From the human T2T-CHM13v2.0 reference genome, Homo sapiens, in assembly GCF_009914755.1 (NCBI RefSeq), contig NC_060925.1: 64,000 nucleotides of DNA. One strand, written 5' to 3'. Below are positions 1-43,600 of the stretch, piece after piece; the stretch's first letter is position 1, and the number at the start of each line of letters is the position of its first letter. The notes beneath the pieces were generated by a model. The model saw only the letters and a program-made list of their open reading frames with translations. It had not been told where the DNA came from and searched no databases. Position numbers and translations under genes: made by a program.

Positions 1-104
1 GTCTTGCTTTGCTGCGCTGGCTGGAGCACAGTGGCTGTTCACAGGCGCTCCCACTACTAAACAGCATGGGAGTTTTGTCCTGCTCCATTCCTGACCTGGG
101 CTGG
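1..104 (-). pseudogene. 7SL (SRP) RNA retrocopy fragment (3' part including S-domain sequence)
   Basis: GTGGCTGTTCACAGGCGCTCCCACTACTAAACAGCATGGGAGTTTTGTCCTGCTCCATTCCTGACCTGGGCTGG matches the reverse complement of 7SL RNA, including S-domain sequence that Alu lacks. Truncated by the window edge. Confidence 0.8.
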
Positions 105-113
105 CATCCATTG

Positions 114-166
114 TTTTAAATCATCCCAGGTTCATTTTACTGTGCAGCCAGAGATGAGAACCACTG
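114..166. mobile_element. MER5-like hAT-Charlie DNA transposon end fragment
   Basis: TCCCAGGTTCATTTTACTGTGCAGCCAGAGATGAGAACCACTG resembles the MER5A terminus. Confidence 0.5.
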
Positions 167-310
167 ATCTAGCTCTATCTCCACATTGTACAGATAGGGA
201 CCATGAGTTTCAAAGAGTGGCAGGAAAAGGGATGGGCTTGCCTGAGGCACCCTAGTGAATTAGAACCAAAGTCAGGACTGGATTTCTGATCCCTAATTCC
301 TAGTCCAATT

Positions 311-3063
<2,753 letters not shown>

Positions 3064-4320
3064 TGGAATGGAAAAGGAAGTCGTTTTGTGAACTCTGATG
3101 TCTAAAGGACCAGTGGGTTTGCTCTGAAATAGTTTATTGCACTGAGTTGGTCCCCTTAATCTCCTCCCCACCATGGGAAGGTTTGGAGTCATAATGGAAA
3201 GAGGCCCAGCTTCCAGGGGCCAGAGAGGGCAATGATGAAGCTGAGCAGAAGAGAGTACGCTGTCCTCCCACATGCTGCATATACTGCAGCATGCCCCTGG
3301 CTCAGGCTCTTTCCCTGGATTGAGGTGATTCTTCCCCAGAGCCCTTAAGGAGACATCTACAGTCAACAAATAACTCCAGTGACATTACCTGAGCACTTCC
3401 TCTCTGCCAGTTGCCTAGTTGGATACAGGGACCAATAGATCCAGTTAGTCCCCTTCTCAAGGAGTTCACAGTCTCTTGGGAGCGACAGACATGTAAACAG
3501 CTAATGCTAATGCAAGTACACATGAATATTCAATAGGTGGAAACACAGCCTTCGTGCTCTGGGAGCAAAGAGGGAGCATTTGCCTGAAACCTTGAAAGTA
3601 GTGTAGAAGAGGAAAGGAAGGACATCCCCGATGAGGGAATGGTGTGAGCCAACACACAGGGTATGAAGTGCAGGACTTGTTCTGTGAAGGGCAAACAGGC
3701 CAGTGAGGCTAACTCCAGGCAAGTCCCGAAGGAGACTGTGAGAAATGAGGCTGGAAGGAAAATTTGAGGGCATCATGAGGGGCCTTGAATGCCAGGAGCG
3801 AGATATCCTGAAAGAGGAGATTTGTGAGTCCTGGGGACTTATACATGGGGCCAATTGAGGGGGTGCGCTGACTCCCACCAAGAGAGGAAATGCCCCAAGC
3901 TCACCCTTCAAACAAGCAGCATCTTACCCTCAAAGGTTTCCCAGCTTGACAGTTTCAGCTCTGGCATCCTTCCCTCCCCCAGCCAAACCCATAAGTGGAT
4001 CCAGATGGTCATTCCTATTTTAGGTTGGGGTGTGTGTTGGGGGAGGGATAGCTCTGAAACCTATCAATCCTGTCCCAAGCTCAGCCATAACAGGAGCTTC
4101 CTCCAGGACCCTGCTGTGATCCTGTGAGCCTGGAAGGAAATATTAGTCTTTGATGGAGATTTCCCATCTGTTTATGGGTGATAAGGAAGCAACAGCAGAG
4201 GAGTCCAGGGCACAGGCCAGAGAGACTCTTACAATTGGGTGAGAGAACCAAGGTGTATATGTGAGAAGGAGTGTTCTGCAGGGATGAATCCATTATTTAA
4301 AAAAAAAAAAAAAAAAAAAA

Positions 4321-4736
<416 letters not shown>

Positions 4737-6399
4737 CTAGGCCAAGGGTAGGATGACGTGGACCTTAGGAAAGGAGCCAGGGCTCTGTGGTCTGATCCTC
4801 TGCCTGAGCACTGTTCCCACCAACCCAAGCCCATTGAAAAGGTTTGGGACACCAAGAGGTAGCAGGTTCCTGCGTTTAGACTGTAACCAGCACGTGATAC
4901 CAAGCCTGTAAGTATTTGCCTTTCATTCAATTTAACAAATATTGATTAAACAAATACCATGCACTAGGCACTATACTGGGCATTGGGTATACACACGTTA
5001 GCAAGACAAATAGAGTTTCCAGTCAAGTGGGGGAGGCAAATAGTACATAGCTACAAAGAAGCTATGAAGAAAAAGAACAGGAGATTAATGGGGGCTTTCT
5101 CATTTAGATTGGGAGACCAGGGATGGGCTGAGAAAGTAATATTTGATCTGAGACTGGAAGAATGAAAGTTAGCCGCTTTAAGTAGATAGGAGTAGTATTT
5201 CAGGCAGAGGGGAACAGTGTGTGCCAAGTCCCTGGAATATGAAGGAGTGCATGAGAGGAACTGAAAGAAAAGGCCAGGATGGCTGTAGTATAGTAAATAA
5301 GGAAGGGGCATGGGTCCAGATGGTGCAGGGCTTTGTGAGCCATAGTAAGATATTTGTGTTTCATACGAAGTGCAACGGGAAGCCATTGAAGTTTGGCAGA
5401 TTAAATGTGGTACGTGTATTAGTACTACCAAACTTGTGGCAGGCCCTGAGAGACTTACTTTGGTTGTTTATTCATCAATACCTACAATAAATGTTTAAAG
5501 GGTACCCAGCAACCCTGTGCTAGAATTATGGGCTGACAGTCATGGTAGGGAGATGTCTAAGGCACAGACCTTCCTCACAGCCTGTGGTCCAGAAGAGATT
5601 AGATAACTACAGTGATTGAATCAAGAAGTCATGTAATTTATTCTCAACAACTGTAAACTACACACCTAATCTATTCCAAACCCTGTGCTGGATGCTGGTT
5701 GTTGCCCTTCAAGGATCACACACTGCACAGGGGTCAAGGAGAGGTACAAACGTGCTCAAAGAATTTGGAGTGGGTTAGAATCATTTTCTAACCCACTGTA
5801 ATCATTATCATGCCTGCGAATCTCTGAGGTCTTTATAAAACATCCATTTATTCAATCACCTAATAAATCAGTAAACATCTAGTGGGCATATGCTTTGCAC
5901 CAGGAACTGTGCCAGCTACTGAAGTCAAGGACCTTAGAGTTCTATAGCAGAGACAGACATCCCCCACAAAAAAACATGAAAATATTAGGTGCTACAAACA
6001 GGACAGCAAGCTCTCCATAGATCAGCATTGAGGGAGGGTAATTCAGTGGAAGAAGGACCTTCCCCAAATGGGAAGCTCCTAACTTCCTGAGTGCATTTGT
6101 CCATACCTTCCTTTACCTGATTACTCTTTTTATTCTTTTTTTTTTTTCTTTAAGGCTGATTTTTAGTGGCAGCCTTCCTTCTGACTTTGGGCTGTCCCCA
6201 ACTTCCCCTCCCCACCCCAGTAGACCCCAGTAGACTTCATTTTCTTTGTCTTGACATCCTTTAAAAAGCCAAAAGTCTCCAACATTTGAGCCTGGCTTCT
6301 CTCTAATTATGGTTGTGTGTGATCTCAAACAATTAACTTCCCTGAGCCCGTTTTCCCATTTGTACAATGAAGGGATTGGATCACATCTAAGGCTTATGA

Positions 6400-7006
<607 letters not shown>

Positions 7007-7431
7007 TCACCTTTTGAACCTCAGTTTCTCACCTGTAACAGGAGGGAATACCTAATTTGGATGTCTAATTAGTTTATGGGGATTAGAAACAATTCATGTC
7101 AAGTGCTTGGCACCTAAGAAGTGCTCAATAAATAGCGACTGTACCACACCTCCTAGGAGCCCTCAGCGTACTGAATTAGAGTTCTCTATAAGTCTCCGGC
7201 GCTAGACTGCGAACTGCCTGAGAGCATCCCTTCTGCAGCCGCGGGGCATAAGCGGCAAAGACTCGGGGCTGGCAGGCGCATAGGGAGTGGGGCGGGGCTG
7301 GCCGGGCCCAGAGGAACGCGGCTCGGATTCCCGGGGGAAGGCCAAGCGGGGCGGACCCCATCTCCGGGAAGTGACGCCATGGGGACGAGCGGCACCAGAG
7401 CCGGGGCCAGTCGGAGCGGGGCGCGCGCCGC

Positions 7432-20703
<13,272 letters not shown>

Positions 20704-21617
20704 TGGCTGCTCGGTGGCCCCACACCCACCAGGGTCCCGAGGAAACAGCCGCCATCCCTTTTGGTTCCAGATTTTTTTCTCCTCACCCCAAAAGGCAGGG
20801 TTGGGCCTGCTGTTGTGGACCGGGGGTCGGGGCTGGCAGGATGGAAGGACTGAGGACCAGCATGAAGTGGGGGTTTGTTGTCTCCCTGCCTCTCAGAAGC
20901 ACCCTGTCCCCTCCTCCCCAGGCCTGTGACTCCGGCCCTGGAAGCCCCTTTGTTCTTCTGTTGAAAGGCTTTGGCTTCCCTCTGTAGAGCTGCTCCCGCC
21001 ACCACCTGCTGGGGTCCTGCCTCAGCCCAGTGCCCAGTATGGGGAGAGGAGGACATTTGGGCTCACCTGTCAAGGTGGCCCTGGGACCAGAGCTGGTCCC
21101 AGCATGGGGTGCACCGGGTACACTTAACGTGTCTCTATAAGCCAAGTTGCTTCAGGACCTTCACCACTGGCCTCTAGAATGGTCCAGAGGGGCTGGCTGG
21201 GTCCCTTTGTCAGACTCCTGCCGGCAGCTGCCCTGGGGGACATGTGTGCCCATCTGGCATCCTCCAGCCCGTGCAGTCCGCTCTTCACTGTTCCACGGCC
21301 TCCCAGTGCCTCCCAGCATTGGACCCATCTCCCCCTGCAGTTTGAGGCCAGAGAGGTGAGTGGACCTGACAAGTGCCAGAGTAACCGTGTAGACAGAGCA
21401 GTGTAGACAGCGCTCAGCCCCAGCCCCAGGTGTGGACCTCATGCTGGTGATGGCTCCCCTGGGTGGCCTGCCAGCACAGCCAGTGCCATCAGGGAGCTGA
21501 AGGGGCTGTCCCCCACCTAACTCCAGCTCCCCCTTCACGTTGTCACCAAGGCCCTGTGCCGCCCGCCTCGCCCCCCTGCTCTGTGGATTCCTTTGGGAAG
21601 GGCTCCCTGGGCAGGAC

Positions 21618-21623
21618 AATAAA
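21618..21623 (+). terminator. TMEM222: TMEM222 polyadenylation signal AATAAA
   Basis: First AATAAA I found after the stop, ~0.9 kb downstream, followed by GT/T-rich sequence. Confidence 0.85.
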
Positions 21624-22349
21624 GAGTTTTGACTCCAGTTGGTGCCCTGTCATTGTTTTCTCCCTCTCTGGGGCCCCCTTGCCCCTTAGCTCATAGCGTC
21701 TTGGTATTCTTGGGACCCTATTACCCTTGACAAGGGTCTAGTTGCCAGCACCATGGTTGAGTCTGCGTCCAGTGCCTGGGGCCATCAGCATCCCTCAGGT
21801 ATATCCCGCCCCTGAAGTCTGGGGATTCCCTGCCATTCTCCATTCCCCATTCCAAAGCTTTCCTCTTGAGGCAGGTGGGCATTGAAACCCCTTCCATCGT
21901 CCCTGTTGGGAAGGACTTGTAGGCTTGGGGTTAGGGCTGAGTAGAGCCTCCACTGCTGTCCCCACCACCCGCCGGGGTACAGAGTTGGGGATGAGCCAAG
22001 AGCACTGCCAGCCTCTGGTCACTGTATCCATCCAGCCTTCGCTTGCCTCCGATCCTTTGCTCTCCACCATCCCTCTCATGGCGGCCCTGCCTAACCAAGG
22101 CCCAGCTTAAAAGCCGCTTCCTCCCTGAAGCCTTTCCCAACCCTGTCCATGCATCACTTCAGTTGAACTAGCCAAGGATTTGGTCTTGAACGTGGCCTTG
22201 AGGACATGCTCTAGCAGCTGGCCATGGGGTCCCTGGTCAGGCATCTGCCAGCTCACCCCAGACCCTGCAGTGCTGTGGTCTGCAAGCCTGGGACTTCTCC
22301 AGGGCAAGGCAGAGGTGACCTCTCCCCACTTCAGAGCAGTTCCATTTAC

Positions 22350-26353
<4,004 letters not shown>

Positions 26354-27129
26354 GACTGGTTTTGTTTAGAATCCACCCCTTGTCCTGCCTCTCCCAGGGG
26401 TCTATGAGGAGCCCACTAATCTTTAATCCATGGCCCTAGGTTCAGGGGAGGGGGTTGGGCCAGGGCAGGCCATGGGAAGTGAAGTGGACTTGGGGGGAGT
26501 CAGAAAGCTTTGGTGTGGCCTCTTGTGCCCAAGACAACCCAGGAGGTTCATGGTCCTGAAGCCAATGTAATCTAGGGCCCAAACCTTCTAATCTCAGGGT
26601 GGGCAGAATCTAGGTGTAGAATGGGGTGAGTTCAGGGGGGCTCCACATAGACAGAGGGTGTGGGACCCTCACCTTGGCACTAGAAGAGTTCAGGCCTCCT
26701 CAAACAGATGGGGCTCAGGACAGCAGAGGGGACAGAGAGGGCTGCTCTGCCAGCATGTCCCAGAAGTGCATGTGGATATAGAGGGCAGCAGCTGCTGAGA
26801 TGGCCGTGGGCATTAGGCTATGCTGGAGTGGGGACACCTCACCCCGACTATGCCAGCTCGCACCGGGCACTTTCACTTCCCTTAGTATAGGCTCCTTGCA
26901 CTCTGCTACCCACAGTTTGCATCAGAAGAAATGGAAGAGACCTGCTTAAGGTCACATCACACACCCACTGGCAGAGCAGGGACTCTGCACAGGGTGGTCT
27001 AACTGCAAAGTCTGCCATCCTGCCATTCCCCTTGGGGCTGGAAAAGAAAGGTTTCTAACTTGCTTTCAAAGCGAGTTCCTATCAGCCCCGTTGTGGGCAA
27101 GGTGGGGCTGCTACCCGTTCTAGAGGGCC

Positions 27130-27388
27130 TGCTCAGTGGAGCTGGGGCCAAGCTGGGCCTCTCCAGTCGGCTGCGGGGGCGCACCCCCGGGCGCTGGGAG
27201 TCCAGGCCCGGTTTTGCATCAGGCCCTGCCGAGGTGTTTCCTCCTCCTCCGTGTGGGGCAGCTGCTGGCTGGGCTGCCTGTTGAGTCAGCCTTCTTCCCT
27301 CACGGCTCTTCTCCCGGTCCCTGAAACTCGGCTGCCAGGGGAGCTGGAGCCACCTGCGAAGGTGTCCTCCCATACTGGACCCCTACAG
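27130..27388 (+). promoter_or_regulatory. SYTL1: Probable SYTL1 promoter and non-coding first exon (donor CAG|GTAACA at 27388/27389)
   Basis: Local CpG enrichment, AP-1/ARE-like TGAGTCAGC at 27282-27290, and a good donor upstream of the ATG-bearing exon (acceptor 30533). Confidence 0.65.
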
Positions 27389-28054
27389 GTAACACGTGTC
27401 GGTGCCAGGGTCCCCTGCCAGGGTCCAGAGACGCAGGCACTGCCACCTGGTATCCTGAGCACCCTCCAGCACCTTGGGGTTGGGGGAGGTGGGCACATGT
27501 CTGGAACTGGAACAGCTGGACAGATGGACAGACCCTCCTCTTGACCAATGGGTCTGTCCCACCGTGTCAAAACAGCAGAGAAGACCAAACTCCTACCTAA
27601 CTCTGGTAGGAGATTCTGCCTCTGGTTGGTAGGAGAGGGGACTTCAGGGAGGGGGCACTGCTGAGGACGCTGGGCTGATGCCCATGGCCCAGCTCAGGCA
27701 GGCCTGAAGGACAGAAATAGGCTCAGTTCTGCCGAACGTCCCCCCGGCCTCCATCCACACTCAGACACACACACCTGGTGGCCCCCAAGGCACCAGGGGA
27801 CACCCCACAGCACACAGCCCAGTCACACATACAGCACAGGAGGAAATGCACAATGCATACTGTACACACCCCACACGGCGCTGTCACCTAGAAAGTCACT
27901 GAACACACCACACAGACAATATAGTCACCATGCAGCATCACACTGCAACAGGACACAAAGACACACAGCAACTACACAGCTCACAGACTCACGCAACGCA
28001 GACATGCCCACCAGACTCGGACCCACACAGCCACACAACAGGGCACAGAGAGGG

Positions 28055-28140
28055 ACGTGGGCTCACACCCCAATCCACAGGGGAGGCCGAACGTGGGCTC
28101 ACACCCCAATCCACAGGGGAGGCCGAACGTGGGCTCACAC
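28055..28140. repeat. 36-bp tandem repeat, ~2.4 copies
   Basis: ACGTGGGCTCACACCCCAATCCACAGGGGAGGCCGA starts at 28055, 28091 and 28127. Confidence 0.9.
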
Positions 28141-28826
28141 GTTGGCCACAGAAGTCCAGGGAAACTGCTGTTGTGGAGCACACAGGTATCCACAGAGTGA
28201 ATGCACACCGTGCAGCCGTGCTGAGGCCTTCTGCTCCTGAGGGTGTCAAGAGGGATCGCTGGGGCTCGGCCACTGACTCAGCTGGGAGGGGACAGAGCAT
28301 AGCAGGCGGCGGACACAAGCCAGGACCTGCCCGCCAAGCTGCCTCCGCCGGTCTCAGCCCCACCTGGAGCCGTGGCAATGGAAGGGGCGGGGAAGAGAGG
28401 AGAGGCCGCCCAGTGGGCTCAGGACACAGCCCTGACCAAGTCATGGGCCCCTTGCCACGTCTACATGCCCCTCAGCGCTGGGCAAATGCTTTCTTTCCGG
28501 AGTCACTGTGGTACCTGAGCATGGGCTGCTGCGCTAGCCTAGGCCTCCACCGCCGGGACCCCAGCCTGGTCTGGGGAGAACTGTGTGGCCAGAACAGAGG
28601 GGCCCTGTGGCTCCAGGCAACAGGGCAGGGCTGGCGGCGGGGGCATCCCTGGGTTGGAGGCCTCCGTGGGAGTGGGTGCGGCAGTTACCTCAGGAGAGGA
28701 AGTTGGGGGTGTGGGCTGAGGAGGAGGTTGCCTCAGACAGGAAGGCCAAGTGGGCCAGGGCAGGGTGGAGGTGGTGGCAGGAGGGGACCCAGGCTGTGAG
28801 GTTCCTGGTGCGGGGGAGTGAGCAGA

Positions 28827-28857
28827 TGTGTGTGTGTGTACGTGTGTGTGTGTGTGT
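28827..28857. repeat. (TG)n microsatellite, interrupted
   Basis: TGTGTGTGTGTGTACGTGTGTGTGTGTGTGT. Confidence 0.8.
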
Positions 28858-29117
28858 ATCTGTCTGTCTAGGTGGGTGGTTGTATGTGTGCATTCCCATG
28901 TGTGTGCAGGCATATTTCTGCATTTAATTAATCAAACTTTTACCAACCATCTGTTGTGTGCAAAGTAATGGCTTTGAGGGTGACTCCCTCTCCCTGCCTC
29001 CAAGGAGCTCACAACCCAGTTAGCCGGGCAATGTATGTGTGCCAAAGTCTGTATGATTTTTATGTACATCTTTATCGAGGGACATATTTGTCCCCAGACT
29101 TGTTCTTGTCTAGGTGA

Positions 29118-39091
<9,974 letters not shown>

Positions 39092-39148
39092 CCCCACCAA
39101 GCCTCTCTCTCTGGACCCCCATCTCAGGGCCTGCCCTTGGCTAAAGTC

Positions 39149-39175
39149 AATAAAGTCTATTCTAAGAGCAATAAA
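39149..39175 (+). terminator. SYTL1: SYTL1 tandem poly(A) signals AATAAA (39149-39154, 39170-39175)
   Basis: Two AATAAA hexamers about 60 and 80 nt after the stop. Confidence 0.85.
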
Positions 39176-39289
39176 AGGCTGGTGTCTGCTGGGGCAGGGA
39201 GGAAGAAAGGTGATTGTAGGAAAGAGCCAGGGAAGTAAGAGGGGCCAGATTAAGGAACTTCAGACTCTGCCACAAAGACTTCAGAGAAA

Positions 39290-40333
<1,044 letters not shown>

Positions 40334-40436
40334 AACAAAAAAAATTTTTTAAAAAAGACCTAGGGGGCTCTTCCCAGGATACCCCTCCCACCATACACCT
40401 CCAAAATTGCCAGGACAAAGGTTCAAAAGTGTTCTG

Positions 40437-40442
40437 TTTAAT
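40437..40442 (-). terminator. MAP3K6: MAP3K6 poly(A) signal ATTAAA
   Basis: Plus-strand TTTAAT about 190 nt beyond the stop codon. Confidence 0.75.
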
Positions 40443-40628
40443 ACGCTTTGTCTGGTAGTGCTTGGGTGCCTGTGGTTGGTTTCTCTCACTGGAACCAGTC
40501 CTGGGCCCCACTCGCCTGGCTTCCTCCAGTCGCCCCAGGTCCTGGGGCTGGTGTGTCAGAAGCTGCCTTTGTCCTCTCCATTCATCCATCCTTGGGCCTG
40601 TCTGGCCTATGATGCCCTCATTCAGCTC

Positions 40629-43600
40629 TCAGGGTCCAGAGGTGACTGGTGTGGATCCTGCTCGCTGTGCCAAGATGGCCCTCCAGATGCGGCATACCAT
40701 CCCTCCCCTGGGGGTAATGGACTCAGTGTGGCTCAGCCAGAAGGTGGCCCTGGACTCTATCTTGCACACACTGTCTGCCCAGTGCCCCCTCTGTCCCTAG
40801 GGGACCCAGGTGCCCCTTTGGTTTCCAGGAAGGAACCTAGGCAGGCCTGCAGTTGGCCAGGATGAGGCCATACGCATGGTTCACACTTGGGGGGCCCAGG
40901 ATGTACCTGATGCGGGTGTAGATGAGGTCATCTCGAGTGGCATAGGTGAGCAGAGTGTGGAGGGTGAAGCTATGGTTCAACAGCTGGATGTGGTCAAAGA
41001 CCCGCAGAAAGAGGGAAATAAGAAATTACAGAAAGATGTGTCGAGACCCAGGTACTAGCTCTGCTCTGTTGCCAAAATAATGAGGCAGATCACACCCTTC
41101 TGGGCCTCAGTTTTCTCATCCATACAATGGGACGAGAATACTAAGTGTTCTTCTGGTAGTGAGATTCTCTGCATCAGAGGGCACAGTAGAAGAGCAGGAA
41201 GATGGACAGAGATGGAGGCTTTGGCTGGTGAGGTCAGGGATAGCCAAGCACTCCCCGACTCACCATTTGGATGGTGCCTGAATCCACATTCAGTTCCTGT
41301 AGCCACTGCACCAGGCCCTGGTCCGTTGAAAGAGCAGCTGTCAAGAAGCAGTCAGGTGATGAGCCCAAGAGTGCCTCCTGCTAGAAGCTGCCTCGAACCC
41401 ACCAATAGTGTTCTCCAGCCAAGGCCCACTCAGGTGATGAGCCCAAGTCAGGTGATGAGCCCAAGGGTGCCTTGTGCTAGAAGCTGCCTCGAACCCACCA
41501 ATAATGTTCTCCCGCCAAGGCCCGCTCAGGTGATGAGCCCAAGTCAGGTGATGAGCCCAAGGGTGCCTTGTGCTAGAAGCTGCCTTGAACCCACCAATAA
41601 TGTTCTCCAGCCAAGGCCCACTCACTTGGAGGCTCTGGGGCCAGGACATAGGTCCGGGCTTCCTCATTCAGCCGCTGTAGAGCCCGCTGCACCAGGGCCT
41701 GGTACTCCCGTTCCTTCCCCGCCAGGATTTCGCGCAGCCTGTGGGGCGCAGAAGAGTAGAATGGAGCGGTGAGTGGTGAGTGGGTTGAAGCCCGGCAGAG
41801 GCTATGAGCGATTCCAAGGGGCTTTACCGATCAGTCTCTGCCCTCAAGAGGCTCAGCTGCACCATCAGAGGAGCGGGGCCCTGCTCGGGCTCCACCGGAA
41901 GCGGGCTCTGCTGGCCTGGGCTCTGCTGGGAGTCCCCTTCATTACTCAGCTCCTCTGACCTCGGTGAGACCGCCTCCTTCTCCACCTCTGCAGCCCAGTG
42001 CGGTGAACTCAGGCAAGGCTACAACGCCCGTTTGGGAACCCCAGACCCCAAAGTGCGGGGGTAGGGTGCCCGGCTCTGGGCAGGCCCCAGGCGGTGCCGG
42101 TATGGGAGATGTCCATTTAGTCACGCCCCCACCGGCGCCTGCCTGCCCCTGTCCCGCCTGGCCCCCACCGGCCCCATTCGATGTTCACCGCGCCCAGCAA
42201 GCACCACACCCTCGCTGGCAGGAGGCCCGTGGCATTCCCCTCCTACCCGGTCCTAGCACACCCAGGGCTGCCCGCACAGCACGGCTGAGCAGTGAGTCCA
42301 GAACGAACATCCAGTGTGGACGGATCTGGCGCTTGCGGAGGATCTGCTTCACCTGCAGGGGGAGGGAGGCGCCGCTGAGACAGCTGAGCCTCAACTAGAG
42401 GCAGGGCTTGAGTTGGAAAGGCCTAGAAAGTCTTCGGCGGGAGGCGAGTGGGGTGGGCGGGCTTGAGGTCCAGGGAAGGCCTGGGAAGCTAGGACTGGGC
42501 AGACGGTTTTTTGCTGCAGGCCTGATCTTCACAGAGGAGACAGGGAATCTGGGAACGTCAAGTCCTGGCACCTCACCAGGCACGGGGAACTCACTACCTG
42601 TTGTTGGGCAGCTCTAACTACCAGAAGGCGCCCTCACCGCATCCGGGAAGGCAAACAGCGGTCTGTGCAGAAGCGCAGGCCCAAGGCCCTGGGCCCTCAG
42701 CCGTCCTTGCAGCGCCCGCAGCTCCTGGGCGAGCTGCCGGCGGTTGGGAGTGTGGATGTGTGCCCCGAGGCAGCGCAGCAGCTCTTCCACATGGTTTCTG
42801 CCCAGACGGGCCCCCTGAGAAGGAAGAGAGGGGTTGTCAGCGAGTGCTCCAGCCAAAAGAGACGCTGCCGCGGAGGTAGGGGGCGGGGACATCAACAGGT
42901 GTCCTGACCCTTTGCGACCACCAGGGGGCGCTAGAGTGGGCCGCCCACCTGCTCTTGCTTCTGCTCCTGGTGCAGATTCTCCGCCAGCGCTGGCAGCTCC
43001 TGCTCCAATACTGCGGCCAGCATGGCCCGACGCTTGCTCTCCTGGTGCAGCAGGCTCAGCCCCGAACTCTCCTCCGGAGACGCAGGCTCCTCGGCCGCAG
43101 GCTCCTCGGGCACCCTGGGCACAAGGGCGAGCTGCTGATTGAGGACGGGCAGCAACCGGCCAGTCACCTCTGTTGCCGGGTTTGAATCCTGGCTCTCCTA
43201 CTTTTATGCCTACCTCACAGGCATGAACATAGATAAACCCCGCACTGAGAGGACACAACAAGTCCAAGTTAGAGTTGCCAGAACAGGGCATGGGGAGGCA
43301 CCAAATGCCACATTCACAAGTGGTCAAGGTGCCCAGGTCCCCAGGGAGGGCTTTTGTAGGAGAGGAGAAAAAGGCAAAACCAGGCAAAAGGAACCCATCC
43401 CAGGAGCCTTGGTCTCACCGGAGCTGGCTGGTGCCCCCATAACTGAGGCAGCGCTTCGGGGGGCTGGGTGGGTGCTGAGAGGGTGCCTGAGGGCACGGGA
43501 ATGTCTGAGACTGGGTGGTTGAGTTGGCTGAAGGAGTGGGACTGGCAGAAGGGGCATCTGAGGGAGGGACAGAGCCATCAGCTGGGCTCTCCTCCACCCT

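Noticed and set aside
27930-28799. 289-aa plus-strand ORF in SYTL1 intron 1
   Set aside because: Low-complexity CA-rich and GC-rich sequence plus a 36-bp repeat. No recognisable domain.
41080-41772. 230-aa plus ORF, and in-frame retention of the 288-nt intron 26
   Set aside because: The ORF length is explained by the 96-bp repeat. In the MAP3K6 frame the retained intron has an early TAG.
42614-43387. 257-aa minus ORF
   Set aside because: GC-rich read-through that only joins the true frame at MAP3K6 exon 23.
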